Source: Octopus bimaculoides
Lineage: Eukaryota
NCBI RefSeq assembly: GCF_001194135.2
Contig: NC_068986.1
Location: forward strand, 75,159,326-75,197,671
Direction: 5' to 3'
Length of the DNA stretch: 38,346 bases
The translations under genes and the position numbers were made by a program. The notes under the pieces are model-generated. The model was given only the letters and a program-made list of their open reading frames with translations. It was not told where the DNA came from and did no database searches. This document shows, piece after piece, positions 24,326 to 35,698 of the stretch; the first letter of the stretch is position 1, and the number at the start of each line of letters is the position of its first letter.

Positions 24326-24520
24326 AGGCGGTGAGCTGGCAGAATCTTTAGCACACCGAGCAAAATGAGTTCAAATTCCACCGAGGTCGACTTTGCCTTT
24401 CATCCTTTTGGGGTCGAAAAATAAGTACCAGCTGCGGACTGGCGTTGATGTAAACGACTGCACCCCCACCCAGATACACACAAAAATTTCAGGCCTTGTG
24501 CCTGGAATAGGAAGGATTAT
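24326..24520 (+). mobile_element. SINE family A with ~35-bp internal deletion, tail type 3
   Basis: aggcggtgagctggcagaatc..gagcaaaatg|agttcaaattccaccgaggtcgactttgcctttcatcc..aatttcaggccttgtgcctggaataggaaggattat. Confidence 0.85.
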
Positions 24521-25924
24521 GTGACTTACGAGTGATTTCCGAATTTGCCGTCTTGCAGTACGGAGTCAAAATTATTTAATCGATGTAATTTGGAGAAACA
24601 CTCCACTGAAGTCAATAGGGCGAATCGTCCATTGAAGTATGCAACTGGTTGGGGGAAAATTCAAAGAACGGAGAATGTTTATTGCATTTGCGTCAAGTGA
24701 ATAAAAAAAATATTGACTGTAGAATTGAATCGATCTAAAGAAAAAATATACCTTAGAAAGAAAGAAAACAATATAGTAGCTCGATGAAAGAAGCAGTAAA
24801 TAGATTTAAGGCTAGTTGTAAATCATAATTAACCCAGATAAAATGACAGTGTTTCCTCTTACTTTTTCTACCTCTTTGCTTGCATGTTTCCTCTTCTCTT
24901 TTCCTCTTTCCATCTGTCTCGGTTTCAGGCGCTAATGTTAGTGTAACAAAAATACGTGCATCAATGATCGTTAGTTGTTTACACAGATATTAAACTGGTC
25001 TATTCCTATAAAACGCACCTCTGAGAGTTGTTAACAACCTTTTTTTTTTTTTCTTTCCAGAACAGCGATTATTTATTTATTGTAATTTATTGCTTTCCAA
25101 TTTGTTTTATATCAGAGCAGCAGTTGTAACCGGTGGAATCATCAAGGTGCCACACCAACAAGTCGGTGTGTCAAGGGGAAATACATAATTGGTACTTAAT
25201 TCATACTTTTTGTACCATGAGGTTAAACTATATAAACAATGATTGATTGTTGTTGTTTAACCCAAAGTGAATGCCGATCGAGCAGACTTTGGGTCAAAGA
25301 TTTCCAGCCGTGCCCGTCCCGTTTTTAGATGCACTGAAGACTAATTTAAATAGTACAGTCTGGGTTTAAGGAGATGCGCCTTCTATTTCTAGCTTCTATG
25401 TATAGGATTTATGAAGTATTTTGTTGGTGTGTAATACTACAGCTAAAAACACTTCCATGTACCTAGATAAATTATCGGAAGCATACACAGTTGTATTAAA
25501 TTTCCATGGCAGACCCTTCAGTGCTTCTAATAACCTCTCACCTCTTGGTACTTTGATAATACACAGATTGAGCTAGAAAGATTTTCTAAAAGAAAGTCGA
25601 AAAATAAGCAGATTGTAATAGTAGCGCTAGACCAGAAAAAGCCGTAGGAGAGTCCCTAAACCGATTTGATACTAATGCGACAGTTTTCTGACAAATGCTA
25701 GCTTTAGTATCACAATATTCAGATTGTCTTAAGCACCAAATGCCGGTGCATTTGGATAGAAGATTTAAGTAGGAATCAATATATTTCTTTATCTTGTTTT
25801 AAATCCAGTTAAAGAATAAATAATCTTTAAGTTCAATATCAGTAGAGTTTTGAAAAGCTTCAACATATTGCTGGACCCAACATCTTCTGTTGCACAGACT
25901 AAATGTATCAAAATAAAAGCAGGT

Positions 25925-26690
25925 AGGTGCAGGTATTGATATGTGGTTAAGGTATTTGCTTCACAACCACGTAATTCTGGTTTCAGGTCCACTGTACGGT
26001 ATATAACATAAGTGAATTCTATACCACCTGGCAGGTTTTTGCCTTATGAACGAAATCGGTAGACAGAAGCTGTGCAGAAGCACATCATGTCTTTCTATAT
26101 TTCCTTCTCCCTCCCTCCCTCTTCCCCCCTCTCTCTCACTCTCCCTCCCCCACTCTCTCTCTCTCTCTCGCTCTCTCTCTCCTCATCTCTCTCTAAGTAT
26201 ATGTATATATATAATTTACTATATTATATAAATATAATATGTATATATACATAATATATATTTATATAATCTACTATAATTTACTATNNNNNNNNNNNNN
26301 NNNNNNNNNNNNNNNNNNNNNNNNNNNNNNNNNNNNNNNNNNNNNNNNNNNNNNNNNNNNNNNNNNNNNNNNNNNNNNNNNNNNNNNNNNNNNNNNNNNN
26401 NNNNNNNNNNNNNNNNNNNNNNNNNNNNNNNNNNNNNNNNNNNNNNNNNNNNNNNNNNNNNNNNNNNNNNNNNNNNNNNNNNNNNNNNNNNNNNNNNNNN
26501 NNNNNNNNNNNNNNNNNNNNNNNNNNNNNNNNNNNNNNNNNNNNNNNNNNNNNNNNNNNNNNNNNNNNNNNNNNNNNNNNNNNNNNNNNNNNNNNATGTT
26601 TTCAAGAAGTGAAATTGAAGCAAAACTAGAAGTGGTGCTCCAACATGGCCGCAGCTCTCACGTTGTAACTTGTAAAAGAGCAAAAGAATA
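25925..26690 (+). mobile_element. Diverged SINE family B-like copy spanning a microsatellite and gap
   Basis: Head-like aggtgcaggtattgatatgtggttaag..caaccacgtaattctggtttcaggtccactg; tail-like gtggtgctccaacatggccgcag..gtaaaagagcaaaaga after the gap. Joining the two halves is inferred. Confidence 0.55.
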
Positions 26691-26910
26691 GGAGGAAGTT
26701 TGTTTGCAATAGAAGACCTAATGTTTCAACACATAAATTTTGGTTTCCAATTATGGCAAAAGGCCAGTAGTTTTTAAGGGAAAGTATGAATAGATAAAAG
26801 TAACTTCAGAATAATCACATCTGTATAAAAAAAAAACAAATAAAATAATGATGCTATTTACTTTTGTTCATTGATCAATATTTCATAATGAAACTGACAG
26901 TTAATAATTA

Positions 26911-27068
26911 CTCTTCTTTTATTTTACTTGTTTCAGTCATCTGACTGCGGCCATGCTGGAGTCGAAGAAATCGTACCCAAGTTTTATTCTTTGTAAGCCT
27001 AGTACGTATTCTATCGGTCTATTTGATAATGGGGGAACAAACACAGACATACAAATACATACATTCAT
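26911..27068 (-). mobile_element. SINE family B 3-prime tail
   Basis: ttttacttgtttcagtcatctgactgcggccatgctggag..ttattctttgtaagcctagtac is the reverse complement of the 11506-11925 tail. Confidence 0.8.
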
Positions 27069-27300
27069 ATTTTTTTCTTTATTGCACACAGATGGCTAAA
27101 CATAGAGGGGACAAACAAGAATATACAAGGGGTTTAAGTCGATTTCATCGACCTCAGTATATAACAGATACTTATTTAATCGACCCCGAAAGGATGAAAG
27201 ATAAAGTCGACCTCGGCGGAATTTGAACTCAGAACGTAACGGCAGACGAAATACCGCTGAGCATTTTGACCGGCATGCGAACGTTTCTGCCACCTTGCCG
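27069..27300 (-). mobile_element. SINE family A, tail type 1
   Basis: Aligns with 114-348 including gctaaacatagaggggacaaacaag. Confidence 0.88.
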
Positions 27301-28848
27301 GAAATATTCAAGCAAGTGAAAATAATATTCTTAAGATTATAAACCTGGAAAAATACAAGACAAGTTATTACACTTGGAAAAGTTCAGGACATGTTATTAC
27401 ATCTGATAAAATACATTACTTAAAATATTGCAGCCAAGGATAAATTTTCAAATTAAATATTTAGATTTAGAAAAAAATTAGCTTTTATTAAAGCTAAAAA
27501 TTTTATTACAACTTATCACTTTTATTTGCTATTACTTGTTACTTCTATTAAAAATTAAAAATAACCCAGAATATTTTTTGCACTTTAAAAACTTCATGTT
27601 TTTAATTATTAATTAATAATTAGAAATCTGAAAATAGGTTATAAAAAATGATAGTAGTACATAATTTGTTAGTACAATAAACAGAATAATACAAAAATGA
27701 GTTATATATTACATTAAAATCGACATATAACAACAAATTCACAGCAAAATTTGCTTGAGCTATTGCTTAAGTTATTGCCAAGTCTTCACATTTTTAGCCT
27801 TGACCAATGCCTATTTTTTACATAATGAATTTGCCTACCAATATATACTCATAATTTTGCATAAAACTTTAGCTATGTTGGTACTTCTGGCTGTCATTTT
27901 TAAAGTATTCTTATGTATCAATGTTTTAACAAAATGATGGCACTTTTTAATTATAATGTTACTTTGTAAATTAAAATTGCGTCCTTAAGAACATTATTCA
28001 ACTACTACCGTAGTTGAATGATTCTTTGAGAAGTTTTAAAAACTGAGAAATTCCTGTCAATGTATACTACTACGATCCTGTTTCTCGCGTCAGATATTAC
28101 GGGACTGTGTTTACATGATATAATTGCATTAATTAATACAGATGACGTAATTAAACTAATTGCAAATTAGCAGCGTCATTGATAATTTGTTCCTTACTTC
28201 AATGATGCCAGTGACATATATTAAAAGTTCCCTTATAGAACTATATTCATAAAAAAGTGTAGAACTATATTATCACCAACCAATTTGAGAAACAAACACT
28301 CATAACTTTTTTCTTTTAAAACTTAATTGCATGAGATTGAAACCATGAAATTCCTCCAATTGGGTACGATCATTTAAGCTTCATTAAAATATTGTTTGTT
28401 TTAAAATAAAAAAAGCTAATTATACTTAAATCCAATTTTTTGCCTTGATTACATTTCTTTCACGACATTTTACCTCAGAAAGATTCTGATACAAATTTTT
28501 ATTGCATAGGACCAAAACTATTTAATTCCGCATGCTTTCTTCTATCATTGAAGTTAAGTTAAATATATTTTGCTTTTAAAATAAAAATGATATTTAGATA
28601 TTAACTTGACTGGAGGCCTTACTTACTCTCCTATAACGGTGCTACAAATTTTGATGCAGATTTTTTTCTTATAGACCAAATCTCAATTTTCTTATAGCAA
28701 AATGTAGCTAATGTCCGGCTCTCGTCAAAAATATTAACGATTTTCAATTTGGTTAAGAACTGAATTAGCGACAAAGTTGTGGAAGATACTAATGTGAGTA
28801 AATTGCAGCCTTGAGAATACTATTCAACTGCTACCGTCTCTCTCTCTC

Positions 28849-28861
<13 letters not shown>

Positions 28862-28920
<59 letters not shown>

Positions 28921-29092
28921 TATTTATATATATATACAACAATCTTCTTTCAGTCTCCGTCTTCCAAATCTACTCACAAGGCATTGGTCGGCCCGAGGCT
29001 ATGGCAGAGGACATTTTCCCAAGGTGTCACGCAGTGGGACTAAACCTGAAACCATGTGGTTGTGAAGCAAGCTTCTTACCACACAGCCATAC
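28862..29092 (-). mobile_element. SINE family B head plus its (TG)n internal microsatellite
   Basis: cttctttcagtctccgtcttccaaatctactcacaagg..aaccatgtggttgtgaagcaagcttcttaccacacagcca is the reverse complement of the family B head. Confidence 0.85.
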
Positions 29093-29102
29093 ATTACATA
29101 TC

Positions 29103-29320
29103 AAGGCGGCATACTGGTAGAATCTTTAGCACATCGGGTAAAACGCTTAGCCACATTTCGTCCGTCTTATATTCTGAGTTCAAATTCCGCCGAGGTCGAC
29201 TTTGCTTTTTATCACTTTCAAGACCGGTAGAATAAGTACCATTTGAGCAATGGGGTGTATGTAATCGACTTACCCCTCCACTGAAATTCATGGCCTTGTG
29301 TCAAAATGTTAACCAATATT
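29103..29320 (+). mobile_element. SINE family A, tail type 2
   Basis: aaggcggcatactggtagaatc..ctgagttcaaattccgccgaggtcgactttgc..ggccttgtgtcaaaatgttaaccaatatt. Confidence 0.88.
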
Positions 29321-29444
29321 GTACCGTCTTGTCAATCAGAGTGAAAGATGACTGATGCCTTGCATGCCGAAGAAAAGTTGCGCATTGTCGACCTTTCTCG
29401 TCGTCACAGACCATCTACAATCCAGTGGCAAGTATAGGTGAAGA

Positions 29445-29616
29445 CGACAGGAGATGGAGATAGATGCAGTAGATAACCAAGATGTCTTGCTTGACGCATC
29501 TTGCTCTCTGCACAACACAATGGGTTGCTGCAGCCGCCTTCCTCTCCGTTGAAGCATAAAGGTTTCTTCCGCAGAATCCACCAGATCCAGTCTTCGCACG
29601 CATAGGTGAGCAAGCT
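29445..29616. repeat. Unclassified dispersed repeat, copy 1
   Basis: Shares ccaagatgtcttgctt, ttgctctctgcac and terminal gcaagct, colinear with 30082-30255. Confidence 0.6.
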
Positions 29617-30081
29617 CTACAATTTAAAAATATATGTGATAAAAGAAAGGAATGGAAGTTTTCTCCCTTTGATTACAAAATTCATAACTTCCTTTAAAAT
29701 GCATGTGAAAAGAGTGGTCTGATTCAGGTTGTTTCAAACAGATATAATTAGAATTTGATTTTTTAAAATTATGTAGGTTAATCAATATTGTTATATATTC
29801 TTTAAAAAATGTACTTTTAGCTTTCTCACCAATAAAGCGCCGTTCTTCCAACTGATACGGTTATCAAAACGAAGCTGCTAAAAATACAATGGAATTTCAA
29901 AATTTTTTGAAACTGCCAGTATCGCCTCTTCATCAGCGAGAAATGTAACTTCGAGCTCTTAAAATGCTTCAGCAACATTTAGTTAAGCCTAAGTCCTGCT
30001 GTGGTACCGGATTAATAATATCTATCCGTGGGAGCGACGACGATCATCTATTCATACTTGAGGATGACTGATGACTTGTCT

Positions 30082-30255
30082 GATGACTTGGAAACGGATG
30101 TAATGGATGGCCAAGATGTCTTGCTTACCTCACGTTGCTCTCTGCACTCCTACAGTGCGTTACTGCGACCACTTTCTTTCCGTTCAACAATGACGGCTAT
30201 GTTTTCTCCGCAGTGTCTGCCGGAATCAGTCTTCCCATACATTGGTAGGCAAGCT
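30082..30255. repeat. Unclassified dispersed repeat, copy 2
   Basis: Colinear with 29445-29616. Confidence 0.6.
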
Positions 30256-31065
30256 TTGATATGCTAATTAACCCATAGCTGGGACACTGAGAGTTGTCAT
30301 AACTCCGGTTCATACCAGATTTGGGAAGTGGTGACTAAGTGGTATTTTCACACTCCATAAAATTCTGGAACACAGAACCAGGTCCCACTACCGGATGCAG
30401 TTTAAAGTCAAGTTTTTGAAGTACAAATCCAACCAGTTTGTAGCAAAGCAGAAGATACAATTATTTCTATGATAGCTCACGTGACACAGAGATACCATTT
30501 CAGGCTAAGCGCTTACAATTTTCAGCAAAATTATGTTTACCATGTGCATCAAGAAATCACATGGAAAATACTGATTGTGTTTGGTCTGCAAATTAAATTA
30601 AGACCGGCTCTCTTACGGTCAGCTTCATGTAGGGTGTTCCAAGGATAGGAACAGTTAATCTTTACGTATATTCTCCTTTGGGAAAACATTACAATATTGT
30701 ATATAGAGATATATTGTAATTTCCCATTTCAAATAGATTTTCCTTTGATTAAATGTTTGTTAATTTCTCCGTTCCCTGCTTTGAACTACTTACCGAATAA
30801 TTTGCTGAAAAAAAAAATATTTATACTTCAATTTGTTGTATGTATGTATGTATGTATGTATGTTTGTATATATGTATGCTTGTATGTATGTATATGTATA
30901 TGTATATATAATATATATACATATATATACATATATAGAGAGAGAGATACATAGATACATATGTGTGTGCGTGTGTATGTGTGCATGTGTATATATGTTT
31001 ATGTATAAATATAATATATATACACAAATGTATGTATACATTCACATTAGTGCGCGTCATTGCTT

Positions 31066-31257
31066 GTGTTTGTCTCTCACAGTTTGTCAACGGTGTTATA
31101 TTTAACACTTTGCAACTAAGCAGTTGAGCAAAAAGAACGCGATATAGTAAGTACCAGACTTTAAAAAGCTGTGGGGCCGATTCCATGAACTAAATCCTTC
31201 AAAGTGGTGGCCTAACATAGACACAGGACAATGAATGAAACAAGTATAAAGAAAAAT
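31066..31257 (+). mobile_element. Degenerate SINE family B tail following a microsatellite tract
   Basis: tgtttgtctc..actaagcagttgagcaaaaaga..taagtaccagact..aatgaaacaagtataaag in family B tail order. Confidence 0.55.
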
Positions 31258-31446
31258 GTACAAATTGTATCGAGACCATATGACTTCATTGACCCTAGAA
31301 TAGACACTTATTTTAACAGTATTTAAATATTACTTCAGATGTTGGTCGATGAAACAAGTTCCAGTCGTGTATTCGTGTGACTATGATCGACTTTTAAAAA
31401 TATGTGGCATTGTGCCAAACTTCGAAGTCAATATTAATTCAGGTAT

Positions 31447-31670
31447 TAAGGCGACGAGCTGGTAGAATCGTTAGCACGCCGGACAAAATGGTTAGCGACA
31501 TTTAGTCCGTCTTTACGTTCTGAATTTAGATTCCACTGAGGTCAACTTTACCTTTCCTTCTTTCGGGGATCGATAAAATAAGTGCCAGTTGACTACTGGG
31601 GCTCGAGGTAATCAGCTTAGCCACTTCTCCAAAATTACTGGCCTTGTGCCAAAGTTTAAAGCCAATATTA
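31447..31670 (+). mobile_element. SINE family A, tail type 2, with probable 12-bp target-site duplication
   Basis: taaggcgacgagctggtagaatcgttagcacgccgg..ggccttgtgccaaagtttaaagccaatatta; flanks attcaggtatta (31437-31448) and actcaagtatta (31671-31682). Confidence 0.88.
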
Positions 31671-31711
31671 ACTCAAGTATTATTGCAATGGGCTTGCAGA
31701 AACGGTAGCAA

Positions 31712-32115
31712 CAATTAATCAGCCATGATATTTAGCTTGGTTAATGAACCATAGTACTCTACTGAACGAATGAAAAATGGTACTCTGTTGAATTCATAAT
31801 TCATAGTACTCCTCTTAGTTAATGAGCCATGATACTGTTCTGAATTAATCAGCAATAAGTACTCTATAAGTACTTTCTTGAGTTACTGAAGACTGATCCT
31901 CTATTGGGCTGATGAAATATAATAAGCAGCCGAATTAATTGATCATGACCTTCAGATCAGCTAATGAGCCATAGTTGTTTATTGAGATAATGAATTTTGG
32001 TTCTCTGCAGAATTAATAAACCACGGTGCACTTCTGAGTTAATAAAAAATAGAGCTCCACTAAGTTAATAAAACATGGCATTCCGCTAAGTTTGTAAACT
32101 TTGGCACTCTGCTGC
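31712..32115. repeat. Old ~25-bp minisatellite, about 16 degenerate units
   Basis: Recurring (ga)gttaatgagccat(a/g)gtactct..ct units, e.g. ttaatgaaccatagtactct, gttaatgagccatgatactg, gttaataaaacatggcattcc. Confidence 0.75.
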
Positions 32116-32806
32116 ACTGTAGAATCAAACGCGAGACCATGCTGTTTGGAATCGTGAAGATTTAAATTGATGGCTTACATATAGAAGATGAAGTGATGCT
32201 ACGACTCGGGTGTTGCAGTTTAGCATTTGGTCAGCACAGATTAGAGGCGTTTCGTACGTAATCATCCTGTTTTATATTACAATTTTGAACAACATTGTCC
32301 AATGTGCCAGGTTTCATCCGACGCTCGATTTTGACTCGGTAAGCTTAATCAGAATATTCATCCTTGGCTCCCATAAGTCACGTCTAATTTGAATGCGGTG
32401 ATATGCATTGTGCTTCATTCTTTAAATAAAGCTTTAGAAAATTATTCCTTACTTAAGATGAATGGTTTGGTTTGAATAAGATTTGTCTGCTATTTCTAGC
32501 AGGTAAAGAAATCAGGTAGCGGCTCTGTTGTCTGACAAGAGAAAATTAATCACATCTATCAAATATTTTAAAGAATTTCATTCTAACGAATGGCTTAAAG
32601 TTTAGCAATAACGTATTAATCCATTTATTTTACTCGCAAAGTTAGAAACTACCAATTATCACCCAAATAGATAATAATTATAAATCTGTTCTATTATCTA
32701 TATAAAGCAAATATTTTATTCATGGAAAATTCCTTCTACCGTACAAAGAGTTATTGTTAAATTTAATTGTATCGAAACCAATAGTTAATCAAGTACATTA
32801 TATATT

Positions 32807-32841
<35 letters not shown>

Positions 32842-33342
32842 NNNNNNNNNNNNNNNNNNNNNNNNNNNNNNNNNNNNNNNNNNNNNNNNNNNNNNNNNNN
32901 NNNNNNNNNNNNNNNNNNNNNNNNNNNNNNNNNNNNNNNNNNNNNNNNNNNNNNNNNNNNNNNNNNNNNNNNNNNNNNNNNNNNNNNNNNNNNNNNNNNN
33001 NNNNNNNNNNNNNNNNNNNNNNNNNNNNNNNNNNNNNNNNNNNNNNNNNNNNNNNNNNNNNNNNNNNNNNNNNNNNNNNNNNNNNNNNNNNNNNNNNNNN
33101 NNNNNNNNNNNNNNNNNNNNNNNNNNNNNNNNNNNNNNNNNNNNNNNNNNNNNNNNNNNNNNNNNNNNNNNNNNNNNNNNNNNNNNNNNNNNNNNNNNNN
33201 NNNNNNNNNNNNNNNNNNNNNNNNNNNNNNNNNNNNNNNNNNNNNNNNNNNNNNNNNNNNNNNNNNNNNNNNNNNNNNNNNNNNNNNNNNNNNNNNNNNN
33301 NNNNNNNNNNNNNNNNNNNNNNNNNTATATATATATATATTC

Positions 33343-33749
33343 TGAAGTATATTTGCCATCTAAATGTCGCTGACCCATATGGGATGACGCTACTGTTGTT
33401 TATAGCCCCAGAAAGACATCTTCAACTGGTTAACGACACACTGTCTGTGTCCGATCAGTATTTGTGAAGGGAAATCATCGTTCCCATCTCTAGACTTACG
33501 TGATATATACGGACCCGGGTTTCTGGGTAGTAACCTATCATCAACGTATGACAATCATCAGCCAAAAATGAGAACCGATTCCAAACGCAAAATACTGTAT
33601 GCTTTTTCCAGTGACAAACCGTCGCTGATCTCGAAAAGGGGGAAACAGTGTGTCGTTAGCCAGCTGGAGGAGTTGTCTTCCTGGTGCTATAAACAACAGT
33701 AGCGTCGTCCCATATGGGTCAGCCACATTTAGGTGGCAAATATACTTCA
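33343..33749. mobile_element. Foldback element with ~100-bp inverted arms enclosing a hammerhead-like motif
   Basis: 33343-33444 is a reverse complement of about 33645-33749 with scattered substitutions and one small indel. Confidence 0.8.
33501..33557 (-). ncRNA. Type I hammerhead-like motif (HHR3) with C3-to-U change
   Basis: Minus strand reads UGAU-UGUC-AUACG UUGAUGA UAGGU-UACU-ACCCA GAAA C-CCGG-G UC CGUAU-AU-AUCA; palindromic helix III, GUC triplet, 5-bp helix I. Confidence 0.6.
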
Positions 33750-33868
33750 CGTTGTCGTGCTGCTACTGTTTACATCTCGCTCAGAGACTTACTATCGCTT
33801 GTTTTTCCTTTTCCGAAATCAGCGACACTCAGAGATTTATTATTGTTATATATATTTATATATATATA

Positions 33869-35115
33869 TCAGGTCTTTAAGAATGAAATGCCCGATTTTG
33901 AACTGAAAGTTTATTTTACTTTATTTCAACAAAAAGCAATGCAGTTAATCAAATTATACACCTAAATTATCAACACAATTTTGCCATTTTATCAGTAGTT
34001 TATTTATGCCGGCTGCGAAGAATTGTGGAAAGCAAGAGATGATGAAATCACGAAAGGCTGTATTTGCATCTTCTTCAGATATGAAGTTTCTTCCTTGCAA
34101 AAAGTTGTCTAAAACCTGAAAAACGTGATAGTCAGTTGGTGCAAGGGCTGGTGAATATGGTGTATGACAGAGCAATTCCAAGTTCAGTTCCAGTAACTTG
34201 AGTAGCGTTTTTTGTGCAATATGTGGTTGAGCATTGTCTTGCAAGAGAATTGGCCTGTCTCTATCAACTAATCTTGGTTGTTTAATTGCAAGTTCACTCA
34301 TCATTTCGTCCCATTCGTTGATGTATACAGCCGCTGTAATTGACTTACCAGGTCTCATGAAGCTGTAGTGGATGACACCAGCACTGGACCACCAAACAGA
34401 CACCATTAGCTCTTTTTGGTGAATATTCTTTTTGGATTGTGTTTTGGCGCTTCGTCTCTATCCAACCACCGTGCAGAACGCTTGCTACTGTTGAGAAGAA
34501 TCCATTCATCATCACACGTATCAATATGATGCAAAGATTGTTCGCTTTTATGCTGTGACAGCAAAGAACAGCAAGTTTCAAGATGACGTGTTATTTGATG
34601 CTCGTTCAGTTCGAGTGGTACCCACTTATCAAGCTTCTTTACCTTGCCGATTTGTTTCAGATGGTCCTATACAAGTGGGATCTAAACATCAAACATTGCT
34701 GCTAACTCATGCGTAGTTTGAGATGTATCCACTTCCACTACAGTTTCTAGCTCGTCATTATCCATCTTGGTCTCAGGTCTACCACGGGGTTGATTTTCAA
34801 GAGTAAATTACCAGACCGGAACTTCTCAGACCATCGATGTACTGTGCGCTCATTCGCCACATCTTCACCAAACACCTCATTGATGTTTTGAGCTGTATGT
34901 GATGCAGTGGTTCCACGACGGAACTCATATTCATAAACAACACGAATTGATTTCGAAGAGAAAGCTCACAATATAATCAGAGGCCATGAATTGCATTTCG
35001 AAAAGTGATGATGTAATTCTTCACTGTTGTAAAACAAAGAATTGCCAGGGTAAGACGTTAGAGTTAACGACTGTCAAACATAAGAAGATCGGAAGCTTCA
35101 TTCTTAATGACCTGA
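33869..35115 (-). mobile_element. mariner DNA transposon, cecropia/Hsmar1-like, full length but inactive
   Basis: ~30-bp TIRs tcaggtctttaagaatgaaatgcccgattt and its reverse complement at 35086-35115; embedded in (TA)n; 1247 bp. Confidence 0.93.
33946..34950 (-). pseudogene. mariner DD34D transposase pseudogene
   Basis: ORF 33954-34406 contains QDNAQPH..PYSPALAPTDYH, with 34 residues between the Asp residues. Upstream fragments read IRVVYEYEFRRG, TVHRWSEKFRSG, KWVPLEL, TCDDEWI; stops and frameshifts present. Confidence 0.92.
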
Positions 35116-35152
35116 TTATATATATGTATATGTATATATATATATATGTATG

Positions 35153-35192
<40 letters not shown>

Positions 35193-35510
35193 NNNNNNNN
35201 NNNNNNNNNNNNNNNNNNNNNNNNNNNNNNNNNNNNNNNNNNNNNNNNNNNNNNNNNNNNNNNNNNNNNNNNNNNNNNNNNNNNNNNNNNNNNNNNNNNN
35301 NNNNNNNNNNNNNNNNNNNNNNNNNNNNNNNNNNNNNNNNNNNNNNNNNNNNNNNNNNNNNNNNNNNNNNNNNNNNNNNNNNNNNNNNNNNNNNNNNNNN
35401 NNNNNNNNNNNNNNNNNNNNNNNNNNNNNNNNNNNNNNNNNNNNNNNNNNNNNNNNNNNNNNNNNNNNNNNNNNNNNNNNNNNNNNNNNTATATATATAT
35501 ATATATATAT

Positions 35511-35665
35511 TCTGAAGTATATTTGCCATCTAAATGTCGCTGACCCATATGGGATGACGCTACTGTTGTTTATAGCCCCAGAAAGACATCTTCAACTGGT
35601 TAACGACACACTGTCTGTGTCCGACCAGTATTTGCGAAGGGAAATCATCGTTCCCATCTCTAGAC
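35511..35665 (+). repeat. Near-identical copy of 33341-33495
   Basis: 155 bp with 2 substitutions; both copies start right after an N-gap and a (TA)n run. Confidence 0.92.
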
Positions 35666-35698
35666 ATACACACACACATATATATATATAGACACACA

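Noticed and set aside
27996-28019. 10-bp hairpin attcaactac/gtagttgaat as a Helitron 3-prime end
   Set aside because: No CTRR terminus at the expected distance on either strand
28115-28175. Cluster of TAAT sites with TGACGT as an enhancer
   Set aside because: Cannot be told apart from AT-rich background without conservation or chromatin data
30067-30100. ctgatga..gaaac on the plus strand
   Set aside because: No helix II or helix I complementarity; the two ctgatga copies are a short tandem duplication
31712-32115. CRISPR-like array
   Set aside because: Eukaryotic context, units are contiguous with no unique spacers, and no cas genes
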